64,000 bases of DNA, from NCBI RefSeq assembly GCF_003704095.1, contig NW_020843829.1:310001-374000 (forward strand), in the 5' to 3' direction. This DNA comes from Pocillopora damicornis. Taxonomy: Eukaryota. Position numbers and translations under genes: made by a program. Positions 43,967-58,380 of the stretch are shown here, one piece after another (within the stretch, counting starts at the first letter, position 1; every line of letters begins with the position of its first letter). The notes under the pieces are model-generated. The model had not been told where the DNA came from and ran no database searches. It saw only the letters and a program-made list of their open reading frames with translations.

Positions 43967-45525
43967 AAGATTGTTTCCCTGCTCAGGATAATTTTTTTTT
44001 TCATAAATTGAGAGTGTGGGTCACTCTGCACAGGAGACAGTGCTAAAATTATACTTGCTTAAAATTCTTTCAATCTATAATTTTAGACACAGCTTTTACA
44101 ATGAAGTTGAATCAGCTTGTTTCAATGGTTTTTGTCGCAACAATCAGAGAGTTCAGCTGGTTGAACTCTGATCTACTAATAGGGAAAGTTTGATCACAAG
44201 TAAGGCTGTCTCCTTGAAAGAGTTCTTCACTTTGAAAGTAAGTTATGTATTCAAGAAACTATTAACAACTGGAATACTACTAGTAAATTCATCAGTTGGA
44301 ATACCAAAATGTTTACACGACTTTTGTGACAATGATATTGTACCACTCATAAAGGCATGGAGAAGTCTAATTGATAAAATTGTAGGAGATCTGCAAGTTG
44401 AAACTCATTCTTGTCATGGATATGATTGATATAAATTTGTAAATATAATTTTATAAATAGCCTATTTATTCTTTTTGCTTGGGCTAGACCAGGTCATTCA
44501 TGTTTGAAGTTAATGTTTTATTTCTTTATAGATAGCAAAATCATGTTGATTTATCTTAGCCAGCTTTTTACAACACAGAGTTTAGGCAATATTGACTGTT
44601 GATGAACACTGATATCACTGTTGTTTTGTTTGCATCAGGGGATGTTTTTAAATTAACTGTTTTTTTTTTAAATTTTGCATTTGATGTTCTATTTCACCTT
44701 GTGTAATTTTTTTGTTAACTTTTACTAGCTTTTGCAAACGCCTTGTTACTGATTCTTACAATTTAATGCAATTGCTACTTTTCAGTCATGTAGTTAACAG
44801 GAAAGTTTAATTTTAAATTACATTTCAGTGAAAATGAACTTTGCATTCCTTCTTTTCCCAATTCTTGTTTTAATTTAGTTCCAAACCTTGTGGAACATTT
44901 GCTTAGTATAAATAGTGGTGAAGTGGTAATGAGGGAATGAAATGTACATTAATTTATCATCAGCAAATTTTTAATGCTACATTTTAACTATTGTTTGAAT
45001 GCTAAAGCTGGATTTTTTTTAGAGGGTTTCAAATGATGTCAAGGCAGCCATATTGATGTATGAAAACAATAAAATGGGGAACATTTTGATGTACAAAGTC
45101 AATCCTTTGGCTTGTGTACTCTTTCCTTGCGAAAACACTTTCCTTTGCTACAAGCTGCCTACCATGAGAGCAAAAACATTTTAATGCCCACAAAACACAG
45201 TGTTGCATGCCAGAAAGAGGATGGATTCCTGCTTTCAGTACTGATGGTGAAGGGTTGTTGGAAAGGGCAACAACTCTGCCTTGCCTCATCCCTGAAGGTT
45301 TGGGTTCACCATGTTCAACCATCAACCTAGTTTCTAAGCCCTCATTTTTGCTTTACAAGCTTGTCTGCATTTGTGTTACACTTCTCACCACTGGGATGTT
45401 CATTTGGAGAGAGAGATACATGGATGGCTTAATGAGAACAAAGGCTGTTTCTTTCACCTCACCCCACCCCCAAAGGATTTTAATAAACGGGTGAGCGGGC
45501 TCTGGAAACGACGAGTTTAAAAAAA

Positions 45526-48037
45526 ATGGCGGACGACGATGGATTCCGAGTGGTAAAGAAAAGTAAAGGTCGCAAACACAGGAATAACAGAGATAAAAAC
45601 GGATCTTTTGTGAAATCTCGGAACATCTCGACCTCCTATGATTCAGAAAAGTGCGATGTAAATGAGTTAAAAACGAAAATCGAGAAATGCAGGCAGGCAA
45701 AGGTTTACTTTTTTACGAAAGTTTTGTATTTCGCCTTGACGATGTACTGAAGATGAAGGTTCTACATGTTTACTTTACTGAATCCAGATATTTTATCTAT
45801 TAGGGAAGAAATTTTCGGGAGTGAGTTTCTTTTAAATGTTCAAGGTAAAATATAATAATTAGAGCATTATCTGTCAACTTTTGTCAGCCCTCCTTAGCCC
45901 TTCCCCACCCCCACCCCCTTCTGCCNNNNNNNNNNNNNNNNNNNNNNNNNNNNNNNNNNNNNNNNNNNNNNNNNNNNNNNNNNNNNNNNNNNNNNNNNNN
46001 NNNNNNNNNNNNNNNNNNNNNNNNNNNNNNNNNNNNNNNNNNNNNNNNNNNNNNNNNNNNNNNNNNNNNNNNNNNNNNNNNNNCCTGCATTGAGAGTCCA
46101 TTGTGCTCTCCGCTCAACCAATTGCTGCCTGCTAGGATTAATTACTCATTTACTAGTTGGCCAATAGAAGGATCATTTTTCAGAGGAGGTACAAAGAGGT
46201 GCTATACAAAGGGATCCCTCCCTAACAAGTCCTCAATTTTGTTTCCGTTTAGAACTACTTTGTGATGGTCATTATAAGAAGAAGTCCTGTTGTCCAGCTG
46301 AGTCTGCTGTTGGACCAGATAACAAATTTAAAGTCATCCCAGAAGAACCTGTTACTGATATTGTTTGTTATGGAATTGGAAAACTATCTTCATGTCCTAT
46401 AGCTAGATATCAGTTTGCCTTTTTGCTGTTATTGAAAGAGTTGTTAAAGGTAACTATGTCTGGTGATATCATTAACTGTCCAAATAGCAAAGCTGCTGGA
46501 CATTTATTTCTCTAATCTTGTTCTTAGATAAACCACCTAAGTCTCATACTCACTTCTAAAAGGACAGTACAAATTGGGTACCCAAAATTATCTGGGAGAT
46601 GATAAAAACCTCTTGCAGTAACCTGTTATGTCCTAGTTTCCCATTCAGGATGATAATCAATACTCCTAGTCAACTTGGGTGTAGAAACTAGGATAAGTAT
46701 GAGTTGTACCTGTGACTCGGCATTAGACTTTTTTACTTGGAGGGTGACATTCATTTAGCGATAGGGTTGTAACATGTTATTGTACATTTCCAAAAGAGAC
46801 TTCTAGGATGTTTTTGAACAACAGATCTGCAATATTTTGTTGACTGTAATACAGTACAGTGATCTTTTCCATCATGGTTAGGTAGAATTGTTTTGTGATT
46901 AATAACCTTTTTATCGATTTTTTGTGACTAGATTAGTGGATTGTGTTTTGTCTATGAACCTCATTTTTCTCAAGATGACAAAGCAGTTGTTGAAGAGTTG
47001 GGATGTTCTCTTATTGATCACAATGAGGTAAGATTTCTTTCTTAAGTATCAGATTTATGAATAAAAGGTGATGGACGCTTGAAACATGAAGGAGTCAAAA
47101 CAATGCTACACTTTAGTCTAATTACTCTAATGACTGTTTTCTTTTTTCTTCTTTCTTTTTAGGAAGGAAAGAGGAGGGTAGAAAACTTAACTCTTTTTTT
47201 CATGCTTCATTGTGGTAAACCCCTTTACAACAGTGTTCTTTGGGCTAACTGGGGTCTGGGGCTATCCAATGTTATCATTCTTGGGAACAGATTTACAAGC
47301 TATCAAGAAAGGTAGGGGTCTTGTTTAATTTTTTTTTCATTTAGGTCATTACCATCAACTGTTTTTGTGCTCCATGGCTTTCCCTTTTGTGAAAGTGGGT
47401 TGGTTGGTTGAACAAATAAAAAAGAAGAAAATTGAACATAAGAAATAATAATTCTTGGACTAAACCTTAGTTCAGGAAAAGCCTGAATAAAGATGTTTAC
47501 TTACTTTGGTTACAGGAGATACAAGTTTACCTTGATTAAGCATTAAATGATAGGTATCAAGGAACATCAATTTTTTTTTTATACTGTTCTCTACAGAATA
47601 CCCTCCAGAAAGCTAAGAGAAGAAGCATCATATATTTACAATGTATCTTTTTTCTTCAGTCTATCATATTTCCATCTATATAACATCTAAAATCTGAATT
47701 TAAAACTTCATGCCAAGAGTGTTGCCAGAGAGGGAGTTAAGTTTCTTAAGGAGATACTTTGTTTTCCAATGCAACTTTGACAGTTAATAAGCTCCTATAG
47801 GTAACCTAATTGCTACTTAACAATAATTTAAAAATTAGGAAAAAAGTCTTCACAGGTTAACTGAAAAAGAAGCCTAAAAAAACTTCATGCTCTAAGGGGA
47901 AGTTAATCCATGCTTCCAATCACTCTGAAGAAGGGCTAACACTTGAAATGTCAGCCTTTAAACTCTCTATGGTGGCCAATTTACGTTATCAACTCAGTTG
48001 ATAACACAAAATTTCCCTGTGATACTCTCCCACTGAT

Positions 48038-48073
<36 letters not shown>

Positions 48074-48613
48074 ATTCCAAGATAGTGGTTAGGCACTACT
48101 TGAAAAAAACATGCAGTTGTTTTTGTTTCATATAAACTATCTTTGGGCAACAACTTGTCACAATTAAGGCTATTTGTGACTGTATAAGAACATTTTTGTC
48201 ACTTTTTTTCTTCAGTCTTTTGCTAGATCACCTTTTCATCAGTTTTTCAAATGTGCCACTGAAAAAAGGTATAATTCTTTGCTAATAGCTAGTTTATTGT
48301 AAATGTTATTCCAACAACAACTCAAACATTAAAATTTTTTCATATAGAAGTTGTAATTATTATGGATAACCTTTGGTCTGTTGTCTTTGTTCCTTTACCT
48401 GTAACCATTCAGATACTTCCGTATACAAGTGAGACACCAATTCCTAACACTTTTCATCACAGTGATATCTTCAATGACTCTGGAATCCATTGGTTTCCCA
48501 GGGAAGTGCTGGCAACAGTACCAGAAACATTATGGAAGGATTGCGCTGAACCAGTGTACTGTGAAGATGACCCTGAAATTGTGACATCTGATGTAAACAT
48601 TTCTGTTTCATAG
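45526..48613 (+). CDS. SRRD: SRR1 domain-containing protein
   Basis: Exons 45526-45692(?), 45804-45844, 46253-46449, 46932-47027, 47163-47311, 47597-47643, 48413-48613. Peptides VCYGIG...ARYQFAFL, NEEGKR, FMLHCGKPLYN.VLWANW, DIFND. Confidence 0.9.
47919..48077 (+). mobile_element. Penelope-like terminal repeat with decayed hammerhead core in an SRRD intron
   Basis: ctctgaagaagggctaacacttgaaatgtcagc...gcagcaccacagtttctttagaaacttacccccttt. Matches the reverse complement of 14438-14561. Confidence 0.75.
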
Positions 48614-49629
48614 CCATTTTAAGAGTTTTTTAAAATAGTTTGTCTGAAATTTCTCTTATACTAATAATAATTCCAGAAATTCCTCCCCTCCTTCCATGCT
48701 AATGAAACAAACAACATTATCGTGAGACCTTTAGTTACCTCAACCAGAACTTTACAACAGGCATAGGCTGTCTTTACGCTAACTTAAATTTGTGTTCTCG
48801 TGCCGTAATTATCGGTTTTTACAAGGTTTTTCGTTATATATTTTTTTTTATGCCTCAACATCAAATGCACATTACTATGAATACATTTAGTGGACAATGA
48901 AGCAAAGTTCCACCCTACGATTTCTGTCTATGACGTCCAATGAAACCCTTAGGGAGTTGAAGGGGAAGTTATCAAATCTCTGTACGTCCACTTGTTTTCA
49001 ATGCATCTTTGCTCTCCAAAAGATGACGACAAATTCGGAGACTGGTTTCGATGGAGAAACGTTATTGGTTAAACTGGCTCTCGGAGAAACTCAGTTTAAT
49101 CAGAGCCGCTACAAACCAAGTAAACCTGTTATGGACCCAGATTTTGCGCAAAAAAGATCGGTTCCAATCGGCAGAGAAAAATTAGAAACTTTTAGTGTGG
49201 TAGGGTTATTGGTGGGTCTAATTCTCAATCTTTAAATTCATGTAAATTATACTTTCTGGCTTCGACAAAATATTTTAAAAAATAGAGTTTTTAGACAAAA
49301 GCGAGGCCAAGAAAGCTAATTTGCACACATAGAAAGATAACTAATCGCACACTATTATGAAAGAGGTCCATAGCTGAGACCTCTCAATGCACAAATTTCT
49401 GTTCGTGTCGCCCACCAAGCGCTGGTGACGAGGAAGCCTCAGGGCTCCTGAGAACTATATATATAGAAGTAACTACGAAATACTCTAAGCACGCTCTTGG
49501 TTTTACATTCTTTCGGTTGAGACCTATCGTGATACGACCAAGATTGTGTTCTTGCATTTGAGAGTACATTAGTCTTCCATTCGTTGCTGTTATTTTCAAA
49601 CTTTTGCATCTTGCTTAGCGTGCGTGAAA

Positions 49630-49910
49630 TATATATTTATACCTAGAGGCACTATTGTAAAACACCCTAAAAGTGAAATTCTGCGAGAGAAGCACATCAC
49701 CAAAACACAGAAAGCTAACTTGTAAGTAAAAAAAAAACTGCCTTTTTTTAAAGGGTTTTCGCCATAACCCGAAAAACATCATGCACTAATAGGGAAACGG
49801 AACATTGCACAGAACCAGCACATTTTTAAGAGGAATCTTTTAGGAGCCTCATCTCGTGTCGTGTGGTCAGGATAAAACCCCTAAAGAGTACTTAATAGTT
49901 AAATTTGAAC
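49630..49910 (+). mobile_element. Highly decayed Penelope-like ORF remnant
   Basis: Fragmentary VKFCER...KKLPF...GKRNIAQNQH..RGIF*EPHLVS...TPKEYLIVK. Resembles, from memory, the post-RT segment of Penelope ORFs. Confidence 0.4.
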
Positions 49911-50129
49911 TCGATGTTCTTTCAAAGAATCCTTTTACGGTTTTTGTGGTTCGTGCCCGATCCGCTGGTCATACAATTTGTACACATCTCAACATTCAGT
50001 GACAACGAGGGAAGATACAGGTAATGTTATCTTGGTGACGACAACCAGGAGATTTCACAAAATATTTCACGCGTTTAACATACCGACCTTACTTTATACC
50101 TACTTGATATGGAGACCACGCTTGATTAG

Positions 50130-50227
50130 TATGGGTACGAAACGACTAATCTGACTGGTTACGAATGGTCCTAGATGGGTTCGAATCGACTGGGTAGGGA
50201 ACATCCATGGGTACGAAACAACTGGTA
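50130..50227. repeat. Short degenerate tandem repeat (tgggtacgaaacgac motif)
   Basis: About five imperfect copies of the motif. Confidence 0.55.
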
Positions 50228-52702
50228 AGCAAGTATCCGACTATATAAACCGGGCAAAGAATCAGTTTGAATAACTACTGAATCGATATTTGACCAATAC
50301 ATTTGCCTTATTGACCAAGCTTGGGTTAAGTTGGCTGAATATTGGCTGAGTTCTTTTTCTGCTTGTTCGATCAAGGTGGCTGAATATTAACCTCTTCTTT
50401 TTCCGTGTTTTCATGGAATTCGACTTCGTCTTGGTCTTGAACGCAAACAAAAAACAAAAAAGGCTCACATTGATCGGCTGGCTCAGAAGTGAGTAGTAAG
50501 AACTATTCAAAATCTCGCGGTAATTTCCTACCATTTCTTGGCATACTTATAGAAATTAACTCGTTTTCGGTTCTCGAGTTACTCAGCAGATTCAGGCCAC
50601 AAAACTTTCCTCAATGATTCATAAAATACCTTTACTCTTGGAGAGTAAGTCAATTTTTTTAGACTCCAGTGTTCTATACATGTTTCGATCATTGGAAATC
50701 TGTTCGTCAAATCAAGGAGACATTAGGGGAAATCAGATCAGAAATCAGGCTGACTATTTTATCGAGGGGCAAAACAAGATTCAACTGAATCGCTGTACAC
50801 TAAACTGCGAGTAAAGAAATAAATTAAAGCGAGGGGAATTTATGATATGCCATAGCATTGGATCAGCCAACATCAAAAAGCGAAAAGCTGTTTCAGTCTT
50901 TAATTCATGAATACTGAAAAATGGTTGTTAAATACGTAAAATACCGAAAATTACAGTGTTTACAAAACCGAGCAACAGTACTAGAACATTGATTTCAAAA
51001 GGATTAAATTTGGTAAACTATTTCCTAATCTATCTATAACTAAGCTCTTTGTCGCAAGATGTTTTCATTCATATACCTGTCTTGAAGAAAGCATTGGCTT
51101 AACTTGATTCTATATATTTATCAATTTATATTTAAGATTTATGAATTATTTTCTGTTTTACATCGTTACGCATTTTTTTTTGGGATGCTTAATTTTTTTT
51201 AGCAATTAATTTTTTTTTAATTTTTATGTTATTCCTTTCGCATGACCAAGAATTGAGAATTGAGTTTGTCAGCCTTTAAAAATTTCAAGTGGTTATATAA
51301 TTATGATTCGAATTCGAATTCGAATTGAACAGCATTTACTTAAAACCACTTTCTATTGTTTTTTGAAAAGCAAATTTACTGAAATACGGAGAGACCTTAC
51401 TTCTTAGTAAACCCGGAAATAACAATCTTTTACTCATTCTTTGACGAACTCGTTGACTTAGTCGTAAGCAGTAAGCAACCTTGTTTGTAAGCTTCGGTTC
51501 AACAAAAAAATAACACTATCACTCAGTTTCCGTTCGTAATTAATTTAGAGTTCGAAGATCGATTTTCTGATTATGGTGTCACGCTTCTCAGTTTAGTACA
51601 GTTATAATTTTTAGTCACCAGAATGACTTACTGGACTTGTAACGGTTTTCCTTAAGTTAACGGACCGTAAGAACGCAATAAAACCGTAAGATTATGAACT
51701 ACCGTCCAAAATATATTGCTTATATCATATAAATACTTCTCCTATTGCAATATTAAAAAACACAACAACAATTTAAAATTCTTTATCATGAAGTTTTTAA
51801 ATATGCCCGCCAAACGTGGCTTTCAAATCCGCAACTTTTGATCAATTTGGGGTCACAGTTTCAGGTTGAACTTTATTGATTTTTCGACGTTGTACAACTC
51901 GGAAACTTCTGTCCACGCTCTCCACGGTTACACACACAGAATAATATATCAAACTCACGTGTAAATTTGAGCGAAAAACAATTGTTAAAATAACAAAAGA
52001 AGAAAACTTTTTTCCAATCATTAGCTTGATTAACAATTCCTGTAATTTAGAGTGTAATTCAAATTACAACCGTCAAATAAATTTGTCATAAAGACACATG
52101 CACGGTATTCAATATCAACTCACCTTTGAAACATTATATCAATTAAGTTGTCGTCAATCCCAGACCAATATTCATAATTGTGGAGAATTCTTTGTATTCA
52201 ATGCTTTTAATCTTATCTTCTCTTATTCTGATTCAGGAACTCGCAAAAACGTCTGACCAAAGGTCACCTCAGAGCACCATAATAGACATGCTCGTGGTGA
52301 GACTGTCAATATTTTGGCTGGAAGAAGTCTGCATCCAACTGGTGACAGCTTGAAACGATCCGAATTTCATTTGAAGATTCTAATGAATTTGGATGCGATC
52401 TTAGAGTGTGATGACCCTTTTGGTTTGTTAGATCCTGAGTTAAAATAGTCCATCTGTAATCTCACTGGCTAGGCTTGAACCACATAACTGGCAAGTAATG
52501 TGATACAAGGAATACAAACAGCTGAATCGTTCAAAGAAACTTCAATATATTAGCGGTCAACCAGCATCTTTCTCGCCGTCATTAAAAGCCGTTTTATTTT
52601 GATCAACGTAACCAATGAACCTTCCAGTAGCATAGATCAGTGATTCCATCGGATCTACGCGACGTTATTGACAAATAACCTCATCTGAGCTTTGTATTGC
52701 AA

Positions 52703-53869
52703 ATGATGAAGCTTCATCTAAGGTATCGTCCAATTCAAGAGGTTGGCTTCCTACAAGTACTTTGCAGTCGAAAATATTACAGGGCCATGTGGTTGTGTTC
52801 TTTAACAGTCTTAATTATGATGATTACTTATCACCTAAATGGGGAAGAACTAGGTATACGTGAGTTCGATAGAAAGAATTTCGTCGGAGGCAAGTTCAAA
52901 CATGCGATATCGCTGCTTCTAAAGAATTCTTCGCCCACGAATACAAAGCTGATCTTAAATGCAAGTCTCAGTATAAAACAAAAATCGACTGTGATACAAA
53001 ATTCTACAAAAGATGGATCAACTCATACAAATGATTGTCAACGTTGGTGTCACAAAAAAAACACTGCCAGTTCGACGTATTTTCTCAGTGGAGTCTTGCT
53101 TGTACGAATTTACTCCAGCGACTTGGCAAAACTCAGCACAAGAGAACTACTCCAATGGCTTTATTATCTAAAGTACGCTGGTTTTGAACATGTTTACGTG
53201 TACGATGCTTATGTTTATGAGAATGAATCACAAAAGAACGCTCTTGAATTCCTCGTAAAGGAAGATTTCGTCACTTACGTGGACTGGAGTCACAACGCGT
53301 TTCCCTACTCAATAACTGGGACTCAGGAAAGTGCCTATCAACATTGCTTAAAAACTTGGGGCAATAAATCGTATTGGCAGGCAAGCATCGATATGGATGA
53401 GTACCCTTTCTGTCCAGAGGACACTAAACCCAATTTTATGCAACGTTTCATAGCTAATTTTTCCAGAGAACAACCTCGTGTTTCTCAGATAACGATGAAA
53501 AATTTCCTGTTTCTTGGTAAACCTCTGAGCGATAAGGAACACCCGATCCTTATCGACCGCCTCAAGCGGAGAACACACAGACCGGCCAACGATTTGGTTA
53601 AACCCATCTACAAGACTTCGCATATAAAGCAATCTCATGTCCATCACCACGACTTGTCACATGGCTTTTCAGTGGACGCTGATGAAAATAAGATAAGACT
53701 TAACCATTACTGGGGTGCCAGGCTTCAAAATTGGGGAGAAGACACGCCAGAAATTTTATCAAAAACAATGGAAGATAACACAGTGGAGGAAATTGTAAGA
53801 GAACTCCAAAAGTGTGATCATGTTTGCCTGCCGGACGGATCCATAATTCATACAGTTCGCTGGAATTGA
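52703..53869 (+). CDS. Type II membrane glycosyltransferase, GT92/DUF23-like
   Basis: N-terminal TM helix and stem. WLYY...GFEHVYVYD, Q.SAY.HC, DxD motif IDMDEY, KPI, HVHH, RLNHYW. Single exon; first ATG at 52703. Confidence 0.8.
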   Translation: MMKLHLRYRPIQEVGFLQVLCSRKYYRAMWLCSLTVLIMMITYHLNGEELGIREFDRKNFVGGKFKHAISLLLKNSSPTNTKLILNASLSIKQKSTVIQNSTKDGSTHTNDCQRWCHKKNTASSTYFLSGVLLVRIYSSDLAKLSTRELLQWLYYLKYAGFEHVYVYDAYVYENESQKNALEFLVKEDFVTYVDWSHNAFPYSITGTQESAYQHCLKTWGNKSYWQASIDMDEYPFCPEDTKPNFMQRFIANFSREQPRVSQITMKNFLFLGKPLSDKEHPILIDRLKRRTHRPANDLVKPIYKTSHIKQSHVHHHDLSHGFSVDADENKIRLNHYWGARLQNWGEDTPEILSKTMEDNTVEEIVRELQKCDHVCLPDGSIIHTVRWN

Positions 53870-55789
53870 GCGATTTTCGATCTTTTAAACTAATGTTATG
53901 TTTTTATTTGTTTAAAATGTTGCCAACCGCTTTATATTTATTTTCTTTTGGTATAGATTACTACAATAATGAATACAAGACAACGAGACAGAAAATGAAA
54001 ATTAGAAAAAATTAAACCACAACACACTACATTAAACGATGCTATTGAACTATAAAATGTTTTTCTTTGTCCTTATCAATTACATTCTGTTGTTCGTAGC
54101 CAAACAAAATTTAAGAAGGGAAAAAATGCTTTCACCTATATTTAGAGATAGAGCTCTGTAGATAAGAGCTTAATGAAATATTCATTTAATGAATGAGCGT
54201 TCCAAGAAGAAGCTCTGTGTGTCGCCGGCGTTTAAAAGATAATAAGAAATAAAGAAAGGAACAAAGGCATTATGAATTGTGTTATTTTACTAAGTGATAA
54301 TAACTTGAGAGTTTCTTCACAGCTTCCTTGAGTTGGATTCTTTTGTATTTTTGATGAATTTATTCACAATCTCGTGAAAGGAACATGCAGGTGTTATCAT
54401 CGAGTTTGTTGAAATTGAATAGAGATGAATTAAATATGCAAAGTGTTTACTTTATGAACATTACAGTTAAGATGAAATACCATTTAGTTTTAAGCCTTTT
54501 CAGTGTCGTTAATTTTAATAGTCGGTGAAATAAACCGTTCGCATTTAGCAATTCCCTTCTCGTATGATTGGTATATGTGCAAGTGCACAGGATGAAAAAA
54601 AAGTTATATTTGTTTTGTTTTGTTACCATGCAGAGCAGGTAAAATGGTCATATCTTGCACTGCCAGCTAAGTCTTGATCGCGTGATAAAACAAACAAAGA
54701 AACTTAAATCCGAAACAAAACAAAAGAAACATAAAAAACGATGTTAGCCTATTTAGATTATTTAGAAAGTCTGTAAATTCTAGGAAAAGCCACTTGAAAA
54801 AAAAATTTATAGTAACATCGTCACAAACTCAGAAACAAAGCGTCTCGAAGGATATTTAAAACATACATTATATGAACCAGGAATAGTTTCATATAATTAT
54901 TCATTTTGCAACTCTTTGATATAAACTCTTTACCATGTCAAAATTTTCCTAGTAACCAATATAGTTCGTTTAAGTTTGCTGGGACTAACTTTGGTCTCGT
55001 TCTTCCTACGGGATTTTTATCACTTTATAAACGCCAAAGGACTTATTAACGCCCTTTGAAATTGAAGAAATTTTACGAGGCTTCCGGTTGAGCAGAGGGA
55101 GAGCAGTTGTTGTTGAGTAGGAACAAGGTTTGCAAAGAGAGGGCGAGGTTGAAGATCATCAAAGTGTTTTCAATTTTCTTTCCTCATAGAATGACTCTAG
55201 CACTGTTTCATGCTGGTGCAAGTCTGTTCGTTTGGCAGAGTACGATGCCCTAGTTGCTTTAGAAGTGCGAGGTAATACAGAAGTCCTATCACATGATGGC
55301 AGTATCCACCTGCTTCGGCTACGCAAGAATATCTTCAAAACAAGGACCCATCAGTTGACTTGGAAAACACCTATAAGATGTGGGGTGGCTTGCTCTTTCT
55401 CATATATCGTGAGCACTACAAACTCACTTTCACCGCGTCTGTAGTTTGTACCACTAAAAATGAATAAAGGAGTGTAAAATGATGATCAGTAAAACTATTA
55501 CTGCTAGTAATGATAGGCAAGAGAAAATTATTTAATCAATTAATATTACTTTTAATGTCGTGCAAATAACCTGGTTCTACCGTCAATTTGTAGGCTTTCG
55601 ACGTACTACTGCAACCAGACCCCTCTTTCGCGTACTGCCCGACATCATCAAAGGTCAGTGTTGAGAAAACCGATAAATCTTAAGTCTTTTCTTCAACTAA
55701 TTTCATGGTGGAAAAGAATAATATTTCCTAGGTATTATTATCAACAAGCTCAGTGTAACGTTTCGGTCAAGATAAGAAGCTAACCTCCA

Positions 55790-58320
55790 GGGGTACGCCC
55801 GAGGAGCACTAGTGACGAGTTTCCGAGTCGGGTGATTGTCGGCTATTCAAATATGGCAGACTATTCCACTAACACCATATTTGCAATTTACCAACAGTCA
55901 AGCCACGTGATTGAACCAGACATGAACATCATTATATGCTTTGCATGTGAAGAATACATTGTAAAGTTTAAACCAAGGAAATTTCGCTAAATCTTGCATG
56001 GCTTCACCCTTGTCGATCGATAAGTTTCTCGTTCAGCAGAGTTTTAGCTTAACACTGTAGCCGCAAAGACGCCCTTTTCATAGTGCTACTGATTAGAAAG
56101 ATCCCCAAGATGAAATTTCTATTGGCTTGTACCTCTAGCCAGTGGGTGTCTACAAAACGAAGACCGAAGACCAAAGACCGAAGACCGAAGACCGAAAACG
56201 AAGACCCTAATTTTTTTGCCCCAATAAGGCACGGACAGTTAAAAAACCAAGCCAAAGCGTTCCTCAGCGCAAACAGATGTGAAAATAACGGGGATTTTCG
56301 TTTTGCAGAAAAGACCCCCTGAATCTGAAAAACGAAGACCCTTACTAAAACACTTTGTTAGACCCCAATTGACGCGAAATCAAGGGGGTCTTCGTTTTGT
56401 AGAAAAGACCCCCTGAATCTATAAAACGAAGACCTTCAGTAAAACGTTTTTTCAGACGCCAATTGAGGCGAAATCAATGGGGTCTTCGTTTTGTAGAAAA
56501 AGCCCCCTGAATCTATAAAACGAAGATCCTTGCTAAAACGCTTTGTCAGACCCCGGGGAAGGGGGGGGGGGGGAACTCCTTTACATTGCGTATAGGGGTA
56601 TGTGCTGCCCGACGGGTCTATGACATTTTCGTCTGACAAAGCGTTTAAGCGAGGGTCTTCGTTTTGCAGATTCAGGGGGTCTTTTCTACAAAACGAAGAC
56701 CCCCTTGATTTCACGTCAACTGGCGTCTGACATCCGGAGGGGCACTCAGGTATTTCAGTTAGTCCCCGTTTGATAATACACTGCTCTAAGAATTTTGTAA
56801 ACTAAAACACACAGGGCCATGCTCGTAAGCTAAAGATGCGCTACACAGGGTTAACACTTTGCTCGTTGACGCATTGAACCGTATTTGTAATAGCAATTAA
56901 TTTCTCTTTGAATAATTTGTAACGTCTGCTTACAAAACTGGAGCTTTCGAGCGTTCGAAATGTATACGCCGTTCTAGCAAACGGTTAATATATAGATTGA
57001 GCCGGGCCTAAAAGCGGAGCTTCGATTTTTCGACTACCTGACATCTTTGAGCCCAATGTTATGATTTTGCGGTTTGTACTTGTCGTCAGAGCCTTAAACA
57101 AAATTTAAAGTGTATTTGTACCACAAATGTCGCAAATCTTCTGCAGATTTTTGGCAAGTATCTTTAAATCTAATTATTTTATTTTCCCTTTGTGAATATT
57201 TAACTTAAAATACCTTTACATGAAACTGTTTACTAATCTTGTTTTAATTGTGTTGTTGATTTTCAAACTGATGCCATTCTGACAAGAGAAACGGAGCTGT
57301 TTTTAGCTCACTCATGTTACGCAATGAACAAATTGTTTATATACTATAAATTTCACCCGATGGTGAAGGTGTTAGCCACGAAATCCAAAGGTCTGAGGTT
57401 CAATTCTCGGGTGAGGCTTTTGTCTTCTTTCCCTCTTCTCTCTCTTTTTTTTTTACACATTTATTTTAATGTTCGAAGTGTCTTATTTGTGCCCACTTCA
57501 CGACATACAGATATTCTTTCCCGTTTTCCCAAAATAAATTCTCGAACGATTCAAAATAAATAAATTCAACGATCGCTGCAATTTGCGAACAAATTTATTG
57601 TTTCAGACGTCCGCGGACCCGCAGAATTGCACCAGCCGAGTTCCTCTCCTGTTCCTTGCCTTATTCCTTTCTTCGGAGTCACGCTGCGGTGCTAGAAATT
57701 CCACTTATCGAATATCCAATGTCATTAAGCTTGTATGGCTGAGGTTGCCATATTGGTGTGACACCACCCCCACCGCCCACCCACCGTCGTTGTCGTCCTC
57801 GTCGTCGGAGAGGCCCGCGAGCTATACCGCTGGCCATGTTGACCATGAAAAAAGAAACACAGGGGTTTCATAATTTCCATGCATGTTTTTTTTTTTTTTT
57901 TTTTTTGAAAGGCTTCTCCAATTTTTATAGGTATGGGGCTTTGCTCCCTGGCCCTTCGGGCCGGCGAAGCACCGTCATAAAATTGGATAGCTCGTTCTAA
58001 ATTCTAATTCTAAATCAGGAGCTCCGAAATCATGACCCCGTCGGGCAGCACATACCCCTATNNNNNNNNNNNNNNNNNNNNNNNNNNNNNNNNNNNNNNN
58101 NNNNNNNNNNNNNNNNNNNNNNNNNNNNNNNNNNNNNNNNNNNNNNNNNNNNNNNNNNNNNTTAGGGTCTTCGTTTTTCGGTCTTCGGTCTTCGGTCTTT
58201 GGTCTTCGGTCTTCGTTTTGTAGACACCTTCTAGCCAATAGGATCTCAGGAAGCTTAGACAATACTAACGACAATCACCCGAATCGGAAACTCGTCACTA
58301 GTGCTCCTCAGGCGTACCTC
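55790..58320. repeat. Layered inverted repeat block with GAAGACC/AAACGAAGACCC sub-repeats
   Basis: Three inverted pairs: 55790-55847 / 58261-58320, 56145-56210 / 58162-58228, 56592-56616 / 58037-58061. Confidence 0.85.
57355..57520 (+). mobile_element. Degenerate tRNA-derived SINE
   Basis: aatccaaaggtctgaggttcaattctc is B-box-like; no intact cloverleaf. Confidence 0.4.
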
Positions 58321-58380
58321 TTGCCGGTAGGATTTAAGCCCAACGGATCCGAACGGTATATAAATTTTCAAAGACGTGCA

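Noticed and set aside
45874-46121. ORFs spanning N-runs (also at 32672-33034 and 57975-58274)
   Set aside because: Artefacts of assembly gaps.
48897-49599. Short ORFs with hydrophobic stretches and an RVIGG protease-like motif
   Set aside because: Flanked by stops with no further family motifs; chance match.
55190-55470. Exon-like segment with two partly open frames
   Set aside because: No identifiable homology or partner exons; needs BLASTX.
57355-57420. Possible tRNA gene
   Set aside because: Only a B-box-like arm and no acceptor stem; treated as a SINE relic.
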